Positions 48,130 through 56,562 of a stretch of 64,000 nucleotides of DNA are shown piece after piece. Source of the stretch: Zoogloeaceae bacterium (lineage in GTDB: Bacteria; Pseudomonadota; Gammaproteobacteria; Burkholderiales; Rhodocyclaceae); assembly GCA_024235635.1 (NCBI GenBank), contig JACKMA010000009.1, forward strand, positions 38,347 to 102,346. Reading direction: 5' to 3'. Below the pieces are notes generated by a model. It was given only the letters and a program-made list of their open reading frames with translations, was not told where the DNA came from and ran no database searches. The first letter of the stretch is position 1. The number at the start of each line of letters is the position of its first letter. Position numbers and translations under genes: made by a program.

Positions 48130-49026
48130 TCAGTTGTCCCGGGTGGTCGGGCGATAGACCAGCTGAGTGATCTGCTCGGAGACGAGCCCGATCAGAAAGG
48201 TCGTCACCGCCGAGGTCAGCAGAAAGATCGTGGCCAGCGAGAGCCGCCCCTGGGTGAGGAAGGTGTAGGCGTAGTAGCCGAGCCCGAGCAACGCCTGCAC
48301 CGCCACCACCGGCGCAAACAGCTTGACCGGGGAATACAGCGTGCCGATCTTGAAGATGATCAGCAGGAAGCGCGCACCGTCCTTGAGCAGATTGATATGG
48401 CTCTTGCCGATCCGGCGCGCGGCCTTGATCGGCACGTAGCGCACCGCGTAGCCTGCGCGAAAGAAGGCCATCGTGATCGTCGTCGGGTACGAGAAACCGT
48501 TCGGCAGCAGATGCAGGAACTCCTTGAAGCGGGCCGCACGCACCGCCCGGAACCCCGAGGTCAGGTCCTTGACGCTGCGCCCGGTCATGTAGGTCGCGAG
48601 GGCGTTGTAGAAGGCGTTGGCGATGCCGCGTCCGATGCTGGCCTGCGAATCCGCGCCCCGTGCGCCGACCGCCATGTCGGCGCCGGCCTCGATCTCGGCG
48701 AGCAGGCGCGGGATGTCGCGCGGATCGTGCTGGCCGTCGGCATCCATCAGAACGACGATCTCCCCGCCGGCGCGCCGCATGCCGGCCTTGACGGCGGCGC
48801 CATTTCCCATCGAGTAGAGATTCCGAACCACGGTCGCGCCAGCCTTGCCGGCGACTTCGCCGGTGCCGTCGGTGGAACCGTCGTCCACCAGTACGATCTC
48901 GGCGGCCGGTAGCACGTCGCGCAGTCGGCCGATGACCTCGGCCACCGTCGCGGACTCGTTCTTGGCCGGCAGCACCACGCTGAGACGGTGGCGTACCGGT
49001 TCGGAAGCGGCTATTCGATCCCCCAT
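48130..49026 (-). CDS. GT2, polyprenol-phosphate sugar synthase (DPM/GtrB-like) with two C-terminal TMs
   Basis: SVVLPAKNE, VDDGSTD, MDADGQH, VGAR, DLTSGFR; start uncertain, overlaps pilR end. Confidence 0.88.
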   Translation of the reverse strand: MGDRIAASEPVRHRLSVVLPAKNESATVAEVIGRLRDVLPAAEIVLVDDGSTDGTGEVAGKAGATVVRNLYSMGNGAAVKAGMRRAGGEIVVLMDADGQHDPRDIPRLLAEIEAGADMAVGARGADSQASIGRGIANAFYNALATYMTGRSVKDLTSGFRAVRAARFKEFLHLLPNGFSYPTTITMAFFRAGYAVRYVPIKAARRIGKSHINLLKDGARFLLIIFKIGTLYSPVKLFAPVVAVQALLGLGYYAYTFLTQGRLSLATIFLLTSAVTTFLIGLVSEQITQLVYRPTTRDN

Positions 49027-50408
49027 TTCTGCAAGCGATAGCGCAGTTGCCTCAAGGTCATTCCCAACCGCCTCGCAGCTTCCGATCGATTCCAATGGGT
49101 CTCCTCCAACATTCGCATCACGCTGGCCTGCTCCGCGCCCTCGTCGACGCCGGGCGAGCTCATCCGTACGCCATTCACCGGTTGCACCGGTCGCGGCAGC
49201 TCGACCGCCGCCGATTCGTGGCCGTTCGCCATCGGCGGCCACTCGCCACCCTCCAGATCGTCGATTCGCACGACGTCGTCGTCGGCCATCGCACAGGCAC
49301 GCTCGAGCAGATTTTCGAGTTCGCGCACGTTCCCAGGTAACGGCTGTTTGCACAGAAACTGCAGTGCGTCGTCATCGAGGGCGCGCACCGGCCCGCCCTC
49401 GCGTCGGGCCAGCTTGGCCAGGATGTGGCGCGCCAGTTCCGGAATGTCCTCGGGGCGCTCGCGCAGCGGCGTCGACCGCAGCGTGATGACGTTGATCCGG
49501 TAGAACAGGTCCTGGCGGAAGCGGCCATCGTCCACCAGCGCCGCGAGATCCCGGTGCGATGCCGACAGGATCCGCACGTCGACCGGTTCCTCGGCATGGG
49601 CACCGACCGACCGCACGGCACGTTCCTGGATCGCCCGCAGCAGCTTGACCTGCATGCCCAACGGCAGCTCCCCGACCTCGTCGAGGAACAAGGTGCCGCC
49701 GCGCGCCGCCTGGAACAGCCCTTCCTTGTCGGTGCTGGCGCCGGTGAAGCTGCCCTTGCGGTGGCCGAAGAACTCACTCTCCATCAGTTCCGGCGAGATC
49801 GCACCGCAGTTGACCGGGACGAACGGCGCAGCGGCGCGCGGCCCCTGCTCGTGGATCAGCCGGGCGATGACTTCCTTGCCGGTGCCCGACTCGCCGTGGA
49901 TGAACACCGGCGCCTGATTGCGGGCCAGCTTGGCGATCTGGCCTCGCAGCTGCTCGACTGCGGCCGAGCGACCGATCAGCGACTTGCTGCCGGCGGCCGG
50001 CGCCTCTTCATGTTCGTCGAGCCGCAGCGCGTGGCTGACCAGTTCCCGCAGCGACTTCAGCTCGATCGGTTTCGACACGAAATCGAAGGCGCCGCCCTTG
50101 AGCGCGCGGATCGCTGCGTCCATGCTGCCGTAGGCGGTGATCACTGCCACCGGCAGGCCGGGATGTTCGGCCTGGATGTGCTCGACCAGATCGAGGCCGT
50201 CGCCATCGGGCAGGCGCATGTCGGTCAGGCACAGCCGATACGGTTTTTCCGAGAGCAGCGCCTTGGCATCGCCGACCGTACCGGCAGCGTCGCAGGCCAG
50301 CCCCAGGCGGATCAGCGAGAGCTCGATCAGTTCGCGGATGTCGTCCTCGTCATCGACGATCAGGACTTCTGGGACCTTCGCCCGGTTGCGTCGGTCGGAT
50401 TGATTCAT
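49011..50408 (-). CDS. pilR: sigma54-dependent response regulator PilR
   Basis: REC (VDDE, TDMRLPDG), AAA+ GESGTGKE, GSFTGA, FLDE, Fis HTH with LRYRL; downstream of PilS-like kinase. Confidence 0.92.
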   Translation of the reverse strand: MNQSDRRNRAKVPEVLIVDDEDDIRELIELSLIRLGLACDAAGTVGDAKALLSEKPYRLCLTDMRLPDGDGLDLVEHIQAEHPGLPVAVITAYGSMDAAIRALKGGAFDFVSKPIELKSLRELVSHALRLDEHEEAPAAGSKSLIGRSAAVEQLRGQIAKLARNQAPVFIHGESGTGKEVIARLIHEQGPRAAAPFVPVNCGAISPELMESEFFGHRKGSFTGASTDKEGLFQAARGGTLFLDEVGELPLGMQVKLLRAIQERAVRSVGAHAEEPVDVRILSASHRDLAALVDDGRFRQDLFYRINVITLRSTPLRERPEDIPELARHILAKLARREGGPVRALDDDALQFLCKQPLPGNVRELENLLERACAMADDDVVRIDDLEGGEWPPMANGHESAAVELPRPVQPVNGVRMSSPGVDEGAEQASVMRMLEETHWNRSEAARRLGMTLRQLRYRLQKWGIE

Positions 50409-51937
50409 GGCTGACGTTTCCCAGTGAGACAGAAATGCCCGCCCGGTGCGTTGTCGCCGACTTCAAGGCTGGCCTGATTGGCATCGGCAAGTTCACGGGC
50501 AATATAAAGGCCTAATCCGGTGCCTTTCGAATGGGTGGTGAAGAAGGGTTCGAAGATCTGGCGGCGCACCTCGGGGGTGATGCCCTCGCCGTCGTCGACG
50601 ATATGCAGGGTGATCCGATCGACGCCGACGGGCTCGGCGTAGAGGCGAATCGAGCCGGGCGTGCCCGAGCAATAGCGGCGGGCGTTGCCGAGCAGATTCC
50701 ACATGATCTGGTTGAGGTGGGCACGGTCGAAGGCCAGGGTATCGCCAGCGTCGAACTCGAGTGAGAACAGGACTTCCTCGTGGTGTTCATGGACCGCGAA
50801 TTCCTCGATGAAGCCCTTCAGGAATTCCTGCAGATCGAGCGCCTCGACCAACACCTGCTCGCGACGGCCGAGGGCCAGCACATCGCGCACCAGACGCTCG
50901 ATGCGATGCGAGTTGTCGTTGATGATGCGGATCAGCCGCGCGCGCATGTCCGCGCGCTTCTCCTCGGCCAGCAGATCGGCCGCATGGGTCACTGCCGACA
51001 GCGGATTGCGGACCTCGTGGGCGATGCTCGCGGTCAGCCTGCCCAGTGCGGCCAGCTTCAGCTGCTGCGCCTGGGTCTGGATCTGGGCGAAATCCTGCAT
51101 GTAGATGAGTCGGTCGCCGGCTTCGCCGACGCCACCGATGGCCCGACACAGAAGGGCGGTGGGGCCGACTTCGATCACTCTCGGTTCGCCCCCGGCAGCC
51201 AGTTCCGCCACGTCGGCCGACCACGGCGTCAGGTCGTCGCCGGCGCCGATCCCGCCCCCGAGCAGTTCGGCCGCCCGCGGGTTGAGCTGGCGCACCCTGC
51301 GGTCCTCGCCGACCACCAGCACGCCATCGGGCAGATCGCGGATGATGTGGGCGTTGAGCGCCTGCTGCCGCCGCAGCGCGGCGCCGCGCTGGCGTGCCAG
51401 TTCCTCGTTGTCGCGCGCCCGCAGCGCCAGCATGCGCGACACCACGGCGACCGAGAAGAAGCCGACGCAGAGCAGGCCGACCGCGAAGAAATCCGCCGCG
51501 CCGACGCTGTATAGGTAGCGCCATGCGTTTTCGCCGAGCACGGCGACCGAGGTCAGCGCGGCGAAGAACAGGACCAGGCGGCCGGCGGCAATCAGCCCGG
51601 CCGCTGCCAGCACGACGAGCATCAGGATCGGGATGCCACTGCGATAGCCGCCGCTCGACCACAGGAACAGCGTCAGCACGACGATGTCGATCAGGGTCTG
51701 GATGGCCACCAGCCGGTTCAGGCCGAGCCGGCGCGCGGCGTCGGGAAAACCCAGCAGCAGTGTGGCTGCCAGATAGGAGCCGGCCGCGATGCGGAATACC
51801 GCCGGCGCGAATGCGCCGAGTTCGAGCGCACGGCCGGCGACCAGGAAACCGCCGGCGACCACCAGCCGGAACAGATTGAAGTAGCGCAGCGACTTCCAGC
51901 GCGTCTGGTCGAACTCGAACTCGTCGGCGGTGCTCAC
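50405..51937 (-). CDS. pilS: Sensor histidine kinase PilS
   Basis: Six-TM N-terminus (YFNLFR, SGG..SG), KLAALGRLTASIAHEVRNPL, FEPFFTT, GTGLGL. Confidence 0.9.
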   Translation of the reverse strand: MSTADEFEFDQTRWKSLRYFNLFRLVVAGGFLVAGRALELGAFAPAVFRIAAGSYLAATLLLGFPDAARRLGLNRLVAIQTLIDIVVLTLFLWSSGGYRSGIPILMLVVLAAAGLIAAGRLVLFFAALTSVAVLGENAWRYLYSVGAADFFAVGLLCVGFFSVAVVSRMLALRARDNEELARQRGAALRRQQALNAHIIRDLPDGVLVVGEDRRVRQLNPRAAELLGGGIGAGDDLTPWSADVAELAAGGEPRVIEVGPTALLCRAIGGVGEAGDRLIYMQDFAQIQTQAQQLKLAALGRLTASIAHEVRNPLSAVTHAADLLAEEKRADMRARLIRIINDNSHRIERLVRDVLALGRREQVLVEALDLQEFLKGFIEEFAVHEHHEEVLFSLEFDAGDTLAFDRAHLNQIMWNLLGNARRYCSGTPGSIRLYAEPVGVDRITLHIVDDGEGITPEVRRQIFEPFFTTHSKGTGLGLYIARELADANQASLEVGDNAPGGHFCLTGKRQP

Positions 51938-52170
51938 GTGCGATCGTACTGATGCAAGCGGCGGTGCTCGGCCGAGCAGAAGCCGACGCCATCGACGATG
52001 ACGGCCTCGCTCTCGGGCACGTGCAGGCCGCAATGGGCACATGCCACCATGCGCTCGCTCGCGGCGGGCCTGGACTGGCGCCGGCGCAGTCCTTCGCCGG
52101 TGCGGGCGAGCAACCGCCGGGCGAAGTAGATGCCGGCCAGCAACAGGAAAAACAGGATCAGGGTGCGCAC
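51934..52170 (-). CDS. PP0621-family small membrane zinc-finger protein
   Basis: N-terminal TM, MVACAHCGLHVP...FCSAEH; usual position upstream of pilS. Confidence 0.88.
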   Translation of the reverse strand: MRTLILFFLLLAGIYFARRLLARTGEGLRRRQSRPAASERMVACAHCGLHVPESEAVIVDGVGFCSAEHRRLHQYDRT

Positions 52171-52222
52171 GGATGACGGGCGGGCAACGGGTGGGACTCA
52201 GTCTAGCAGAAGCCCGTTGGCA

Positions 52223-53380
52223 TCAAAGCGCCCGCAGCCGTGCGCAGGCCTCGTCGAGCGTCGCCTCCGCCTTGGCGAAACAGAAGCGGATGACCCGTTC
52301 GTCGCGGCCGTCTTCGAAGAAGGCCGACACCGGGATTGCGGCGACGCCGACGTCACGGGTCAGCCAGTCCACGAATTCGCGGTCCGGCAGGTCGCGAATC
52401 GCTTGGTAGCGGGCCAGTTGGAAATAGGTACCGCAACTCGGCAGGAGCTCGAAGCGAGCGCCGGCGAGCGCGGCGCGGAAGCGGTCGCGCTTGGCCTGGT
52501 AGAAGTCCGCCAGACCCAGATGGCGGCTCGGGTCCGACATGTAGTCGGCCAATGCGTACTGTACCGGCGTATTGACGGTGAACACGTTGAACTGGTGGAC
52601 CTTGCGGAATTCGTCCATCAATTCGCGCGGACCGGCGACGTAGCCGACCTTCCACCCGGTCACGTGGTAGGTCTTGCCGAAACTCGACACCACCAGCGCG
52701 CGTTCCGCCAGCGCCGGCCGGCGGGCCACCGACTCGTGGCGGACGCCGTCGAACACGATGTGCTCATAGACCTCGTCGGCGAGCACGACGATGCCGCTGC
52801 CCGCGGTGAGGCGGGCAAGGGCATCCATATCTTCGCCGCGCCAGATCGTGGCGGTCGGATTGTGCGGCGTGTTGATGATGATCATCCGCGTGCGCGGGCC
52901 GATCAGCCCGGCGACTTCCGCCCAGTCCGGGTGATAGTCCGGCGCGCGCAGTCGTGCCCGTCGCACGACGCCGCCCTGCAGCATGATCGCCGGCACGTAG
53001 GAATCATAGACGGGCTCGAACACGACGACCTCGTCGCCCGGCCTGACCAACGCCGCGATCGCCGTGAACAGTGCCTGGGTGGCGCCGGCGGTGACGGTAA
53101 TCTCGCGGTCCACGTCGTAGCGGACGCCGTACAACGCCTCGATCTTGGCTGCGATGGCCTGGCGCAAGGCCGCCACGCCGGCCATCGGCGCATACTGGTT
53201 GGCGCCCGCCCGCATCCAGTGGGCGACCCGATCGAAGAGTTCGTCCTCGGCGTTGAAGTCCGGATAGCCCTGCGAGAGATTGATCGCGCCGCACTGCTGG
53301 GCCAGCGCCGACATTACCGTGAAGATGGTCGTACCGACCGCGGGCAGCCGCGATTCGACGGGGGCAGGAAAATTCGGCAT
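52223..53380 (-). CDS. ybdL: Methionine aminotransferase (YbdL-like)
   Basis: SRLPAVGTTIFTVMS, INLSQGYPDF, NQYAPM, SSFGKTYHVTGWK, RFCFAK. Confidence 0.88.
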   Translation of the reverse strand: MPNFPAPVESRLPAVGTTIFTVMSALAQQCGAINLSQGYPDFNAEDELFDRVAHWMRAGANQYAPMAGVAALRQAIAAKIEALYGVRYDVDREITVTAGATQALFTAIAALVRPGDEVVVFEPVYDSYVPAIMLQGGVVRRARLRAPDYHPDWAEVAGLIGPRTRMIIINTPHNPTATIWRGEDMDALARLTAGSGIVVLADEVYEHIVFDGVRHESVARRPALAERALVVSSFGKTYHVTGWKVGYVAGPRELMDEFRKVHQFNVFTVNTPVQYALADYMSDPSRHLGLADFYQAKRDRFRAALAGARFELLPSCGTYFQLARYQAIRDLPDREFVDWLTRDVGVAAIPVSAFFEDGRDERVIRFCFAKAEATLDEACARLRAL

Positions 53381-53485
53381 CGAGGGCTCCGGTTCGGTCG
53401 CGATCCGCGCATTCTGGCAGAGCGCGGCCACCGCGGTCATCCCGGCGCGAGGCGATACAATCGGCTTGTCCGACCTGGAGCAGAC

Positions 53486-54544
53486 ATGCCGTACCAGACC
53501 CTCTACCGCGACGGCGACGGCGCGGTGATCCTCGATCAGACCCGGTTGCCGTTCGGCGTCGCCCATCGCCGCCTGCAGCGGCTCGAAGACGCGGCCGACG
53601 CGATCCGCAGCATGCAGGTCAGGGGGGCGCCGTTGATCGGCGCCACGGCCGCCTGCGGGGTTGCGCTGGCAATGCAGACGGATGCCAGCGACGCCGCGCT
53701 GGCATCGGCGCTCGACGTGCTCGGCGCGACGCGTCCGACCGCCGTCAACCTGCACTGGGCGCTGGCACGCATGCAGGCGGCGCTGACCGCGCTTCGCGCC
53801 GCCGACCGGATGGCCGTGGCCTGGTCCGAGTTCGCGGCGATCTGCGCCGAAGACATCGCCACCAATGCCGCAATCGGACGGCACGGTCTCGAACTGATCC
53901 GACGCATCGCCGGCGCCCGCGGCGACCGACCGGTGCGGGTGATGACCCACTGCAATGCAGGCTGGCTGGCAACGCTCGGCCACGGCACTGCGCTGGCGCC
54001 GGTCTACGCGGCCCAAGGCGCCGGCATTGCGGTCGAGGTCTGGGTCAGCGAGACCCGTCCGCGCAATCAGGGCCTGCTGACGGCCTGGGAACTGCGCGAC
54101 GCCGGTGTCGCCCACCGTCTGATCGCCGACAACGCGGCCGGGCTGCTGATGTCGCGCGGCGAGGTGGACCTGGTCATCACCGGGGCCGATCGCGTCGCTG
54201 CCAACGGCGACACCGCGAACAAGATCGGCACCTACCTGAAGGCGCTGGCGGCCCACGACAACGGCGTTCCGTTCTATATCGCTGCGCCGCGGTCGACCAT
54301 CGACCATGACTGCCCGAGCGGTGCCGACATCCCGATCGAGGAACGGGACGGCGACGAGGTCCGGCACGTCCATGGCATGGCGGCCGGTCAGGCCGACATC
54401 GTCGCCATCGCCCTGCCCGGCGCAGCGGTGGCCAATCCGGCGTTCGACGTGACGCCAGCGCGACTGATCACCGCAATCGTCACCGAAGTCGGCGTAGTCC
54501 CGCCGGAACGGCTGCACCAGCTGGCTACGGGAGCGTCCGGGTGA
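53486..54544 (+). CDS. mtnA: Methylthioribose-1-phosphate isomerase
   Basis: LDQTRLP, MQVRGAP, RPTAVNL, THCNAG, ETRP, GADR, NKIGTY, NPAFDVTP. Confidence 0.95.
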   Translation: MPYQTLYRDGDGAVILDQTRLPFGVAHRRLQRLEDAADAIRSMQVRGAPLIGATAACGVALAMQTDASDAALASALDVLGATRPTAVNLHWALARMQAALTALRAADRMAVAWSEFAAICAEDIATNAAIGRHGLELIRRIAGARGDRPVRVMTHCNAGWLATLGHGTALAPVYAAQGAGIAVEVWVSETRPRNQGLLTAWELRDAGVAHRLIADNAAGLLMSRGEVDLVITGADRVAANGDTANKIGTYLKALAAHDNGVPFYIAAPRSTIDHDCPSGADIPIEERDGDEVRHVHGMAAGQADIVAIALPGAAVANPAFDVTPARLITAIVTEVGVVPPERLHQLATGASG

Positions 54545-55185
54545 ACACGACCGACATCGCCGAACGCCTGCTCGCCACCGCGCGCGCGATGAGCGCCCAG
54601 GGCCTCAATCGCGGTACCGCCGGCAATGCCAGCGTGCGGCTCGACGACGGCGCGCTCGTGATCACGCCGAGCGGGCTGCCGTTCGATCGCTGCGAGGCCG
54701 CCGACATGGTCGTGCTCGACGCCGACGGGCGCATGCGGGGCCGTCGCAAGGCGTCCAGCGAATGGCGCATCCACTACGACATCTACCGGGCACGGCCCGA
54801 CGTCGGCGCGATCCTCCATGCCCACCCGCCGTTCGCCACCGCGCTGGCCTGCCATCGCCGCCCGATCCCGGCGTTCCACTACATGATCGCCCGCTTCGGT
54901 GGCGCTGACGTGCGCTGCGCCGACTATCACACCTTTGGCAGCCAGGCACTTTCGAATGCGGCACTAGTCGCCCTCCACGACCGCTCCGCATGCCTGCTGG
55001 CCAATCACGGCATGGTCGTCGCCGGCCGCGATCTCGATCACACCCTGGCACTCGCGGTTGAATTCGAGGCCCTCTGCCAGCACTACCTGCTGGCGTGCCA
55101 GCTCGGGCAGCCGGTGCTGCTCGACGGCGCCGACATGGACGAAGTCCTCGATCGTTTCGGCAGTTACGGCCAGCAGCCGGGCTGA
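54541..55185 (+). CDS. Class II aldolase (FucA-like; Ald2 of the DHAP shunt)
   Basis: GTAGNAS, ITPSG, SSEW..H, HAH, LLANHG; GTGA-coupled to mtnA. Confidence 0.88.
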   Translation: MNTTDIAERLLATARAMSAQGLNRGTAGNASVRLDDGALVITPSGLPFDRCEAADMVVLDADGRMRGRRKASSEWRIHYDIYRARPDVGAILHAHPPFATALACHRRPIPAFHYMIARFGGADVRCADYHTFGSQALSNAALVALHDRSACLLANHGMVVAGRDLDHTLALAVEFEALCQHYLLACQLGQPVLLDGADMDEVLDRFGSYGQQPG

Positions 55186-55212
55186 ATCCGGCGGACGGCA
55201 GCGGCGGTGCGT

Positions 55213-55689
55213 TCAGAAGCGGCCACGCTCGACCGGTGAGCCGCGCCGCTCGATTCCGACCCGACCCTCGCTGGCGAACGGCAGCGAGCCGAAGCCACCG
55301 AGCGCGACCTGGCCTTCGACCCGGTACGCCAATCCTCGCGTGTCATCGGGAGAGCCGATCTGGTCGAGCATCTGACCAAGGGTGGTGGTCGCATGTACGG
55401 TGACCACGTGCTCGCCGTGGGCAGCGACGACGAAGGCCTGGTCGGACACTCCGCGCGCGAAGCGCCGGCCGTTCAGTTCGACCGTGAAACTCACGCCCTC
55501 GATCTCGAGATCGCGCCGGTTGGGGTTGATGACCCTCAGGTCGAGCCGGAAGCGCTGCTCGAACAGGGTACCGCCGGCATAGCGGACGTCCGCGAGACTG
55601 ACCTCGGGCGGCTCGAGTCCGATCGGCAGCGTGCCGCAGGCCGCCAGTGCCACGGCCACGCCCGCCAGGCACGCGACCGGGCGCAGCAT
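55213..55689 (-). CDS. LEA type 2 / WHy domain lipoprotein
   Basis: Lipobox LAAC; PEVSL, EQRF..DLRVINPN, VELNG..FARG. Confidence 0.85.
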   Translation of the reverse strand: MLRPVACLAGVAVALAACGTLPIGLEPPEVSLADVRYAGGTLFEQRFRLDLRVINPNRRDLEIEGVSFTVELNGRRFARGVSDQAFVVAAHGEHVVTVHATTTLGQMLDQIGSPDDTRGLAYRVEGQVALGGFGSLPFASEGRVGIERRGSPVERGRF

Positions 55690-56562
55690 CTACCTGCCCC
55701 GCCCCTGTTCGAGCACACGCAGCAGACTCGACGTGTCCTCCTGGCCGAATCCGCTCGCCATCAGCGCGTTGAGTTGCTGCCAGACCAGGGCGGCGATCGG
55801 CAGCGGCACGCCGGTACTCATGGCCTCGTTCATCAGGATGCCGAAATCCTTGTGATGAAGTCTCGCCTCGACACCGGACCCGAAGTTTCGCGTCACCATG
55901 CGCTCGCCCCAGCCGTCGAGCGCCTGCGACCAGGCCGAGCCGCCGAGCAGCGCCTCGCGCACCCGCCCGACATCGACACCGCAGGCGGCAGCCAGATGGA
56001 GCGCCTCGGCGCATGCCTGCAGCGCGGAGACGAACACCATCTGGTTACAGGCCTTGGCCACCTGTCCGGCACCGCTCGGGCCGATGCGCCGGATCTTGGC
56101 GCCGAGCACGTCGAGCAGCGGCTGCACCCTGACGATCGCATTTTCCTCGCCACCGATCATGATCGCGAGCTTGCCGGTTTCGGCACCGACCGTGCCACCC
56201 GAGACCGGTGCATCCAGGAATTCGACGCCACGACTCGCATACTCGGCGGCCAGTTCGCGGGCATCGCCCGGCGCGATCGTGCTCATGTCCACATGCACGG
56301 CCCCCTCCGAAAGCCCTGCCAGCAGACCGTCCGCGCCAAGCGAGAGCGCCTTGACGTCGGCGCCGGTGGTCACCATCGTGAACACGGCCTCGCAGCCGGC
56401 AGCCATTTCCCGCGGACTTGCCCAGGACGTGGCGCCGGCCGCAACCAGGCTTTCGGCCGCTTCGGGGCGGCGGCTCCACAGCCGCAATTCGTGGCCGGCC
56501 GACATCAGGTTTCGTGCCATCGGCCGCCCCATGGCGCCGAGGCCGATGAATCCGACCTTCAT
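55690..56562 (-). CDS. beta-hydroxyacid dehydrogenase (tartronate semialdehyde reductase / HIBADH family), copy 2
   Basis: GFIGLGAMG, DMSTI, DAPVSGG, GQVAKACNQ, HKD. Confidence 0.9.
   Translation of the reverse strand: MKVGFIGLGAMGRPMARNLMSAGHELRLWSRRPEAAESLVAAGATSWASPREMAAGCEAVFTMVTTGADVKALSLGADGLLAGLSEGAVHVDMSTIAPGDARELAAEYASRGVEFLDAPVSGGTVGAETGKLAIMIGGEENAIVRVQPLLDVLGAKIRRIGPSGAGQVAKACNQMVFVSALQACAEALHLAAACGVDVGRVREALLGGSAWSQALDGWGERMVTRNFGSGVEARLHHKDFGILMNEAMSTGVPLPIAALVWQQLNALMASGFGQEDTSSLLRVLEQGRGR

Noticed and set aside
52130-54544. Overlapping 804-aa (+) and 764-aa (-) ORFs
   Set aside because: They are mtnA and ybdL with spurious upstream extensions through each other; real starts are 53486 and 53380
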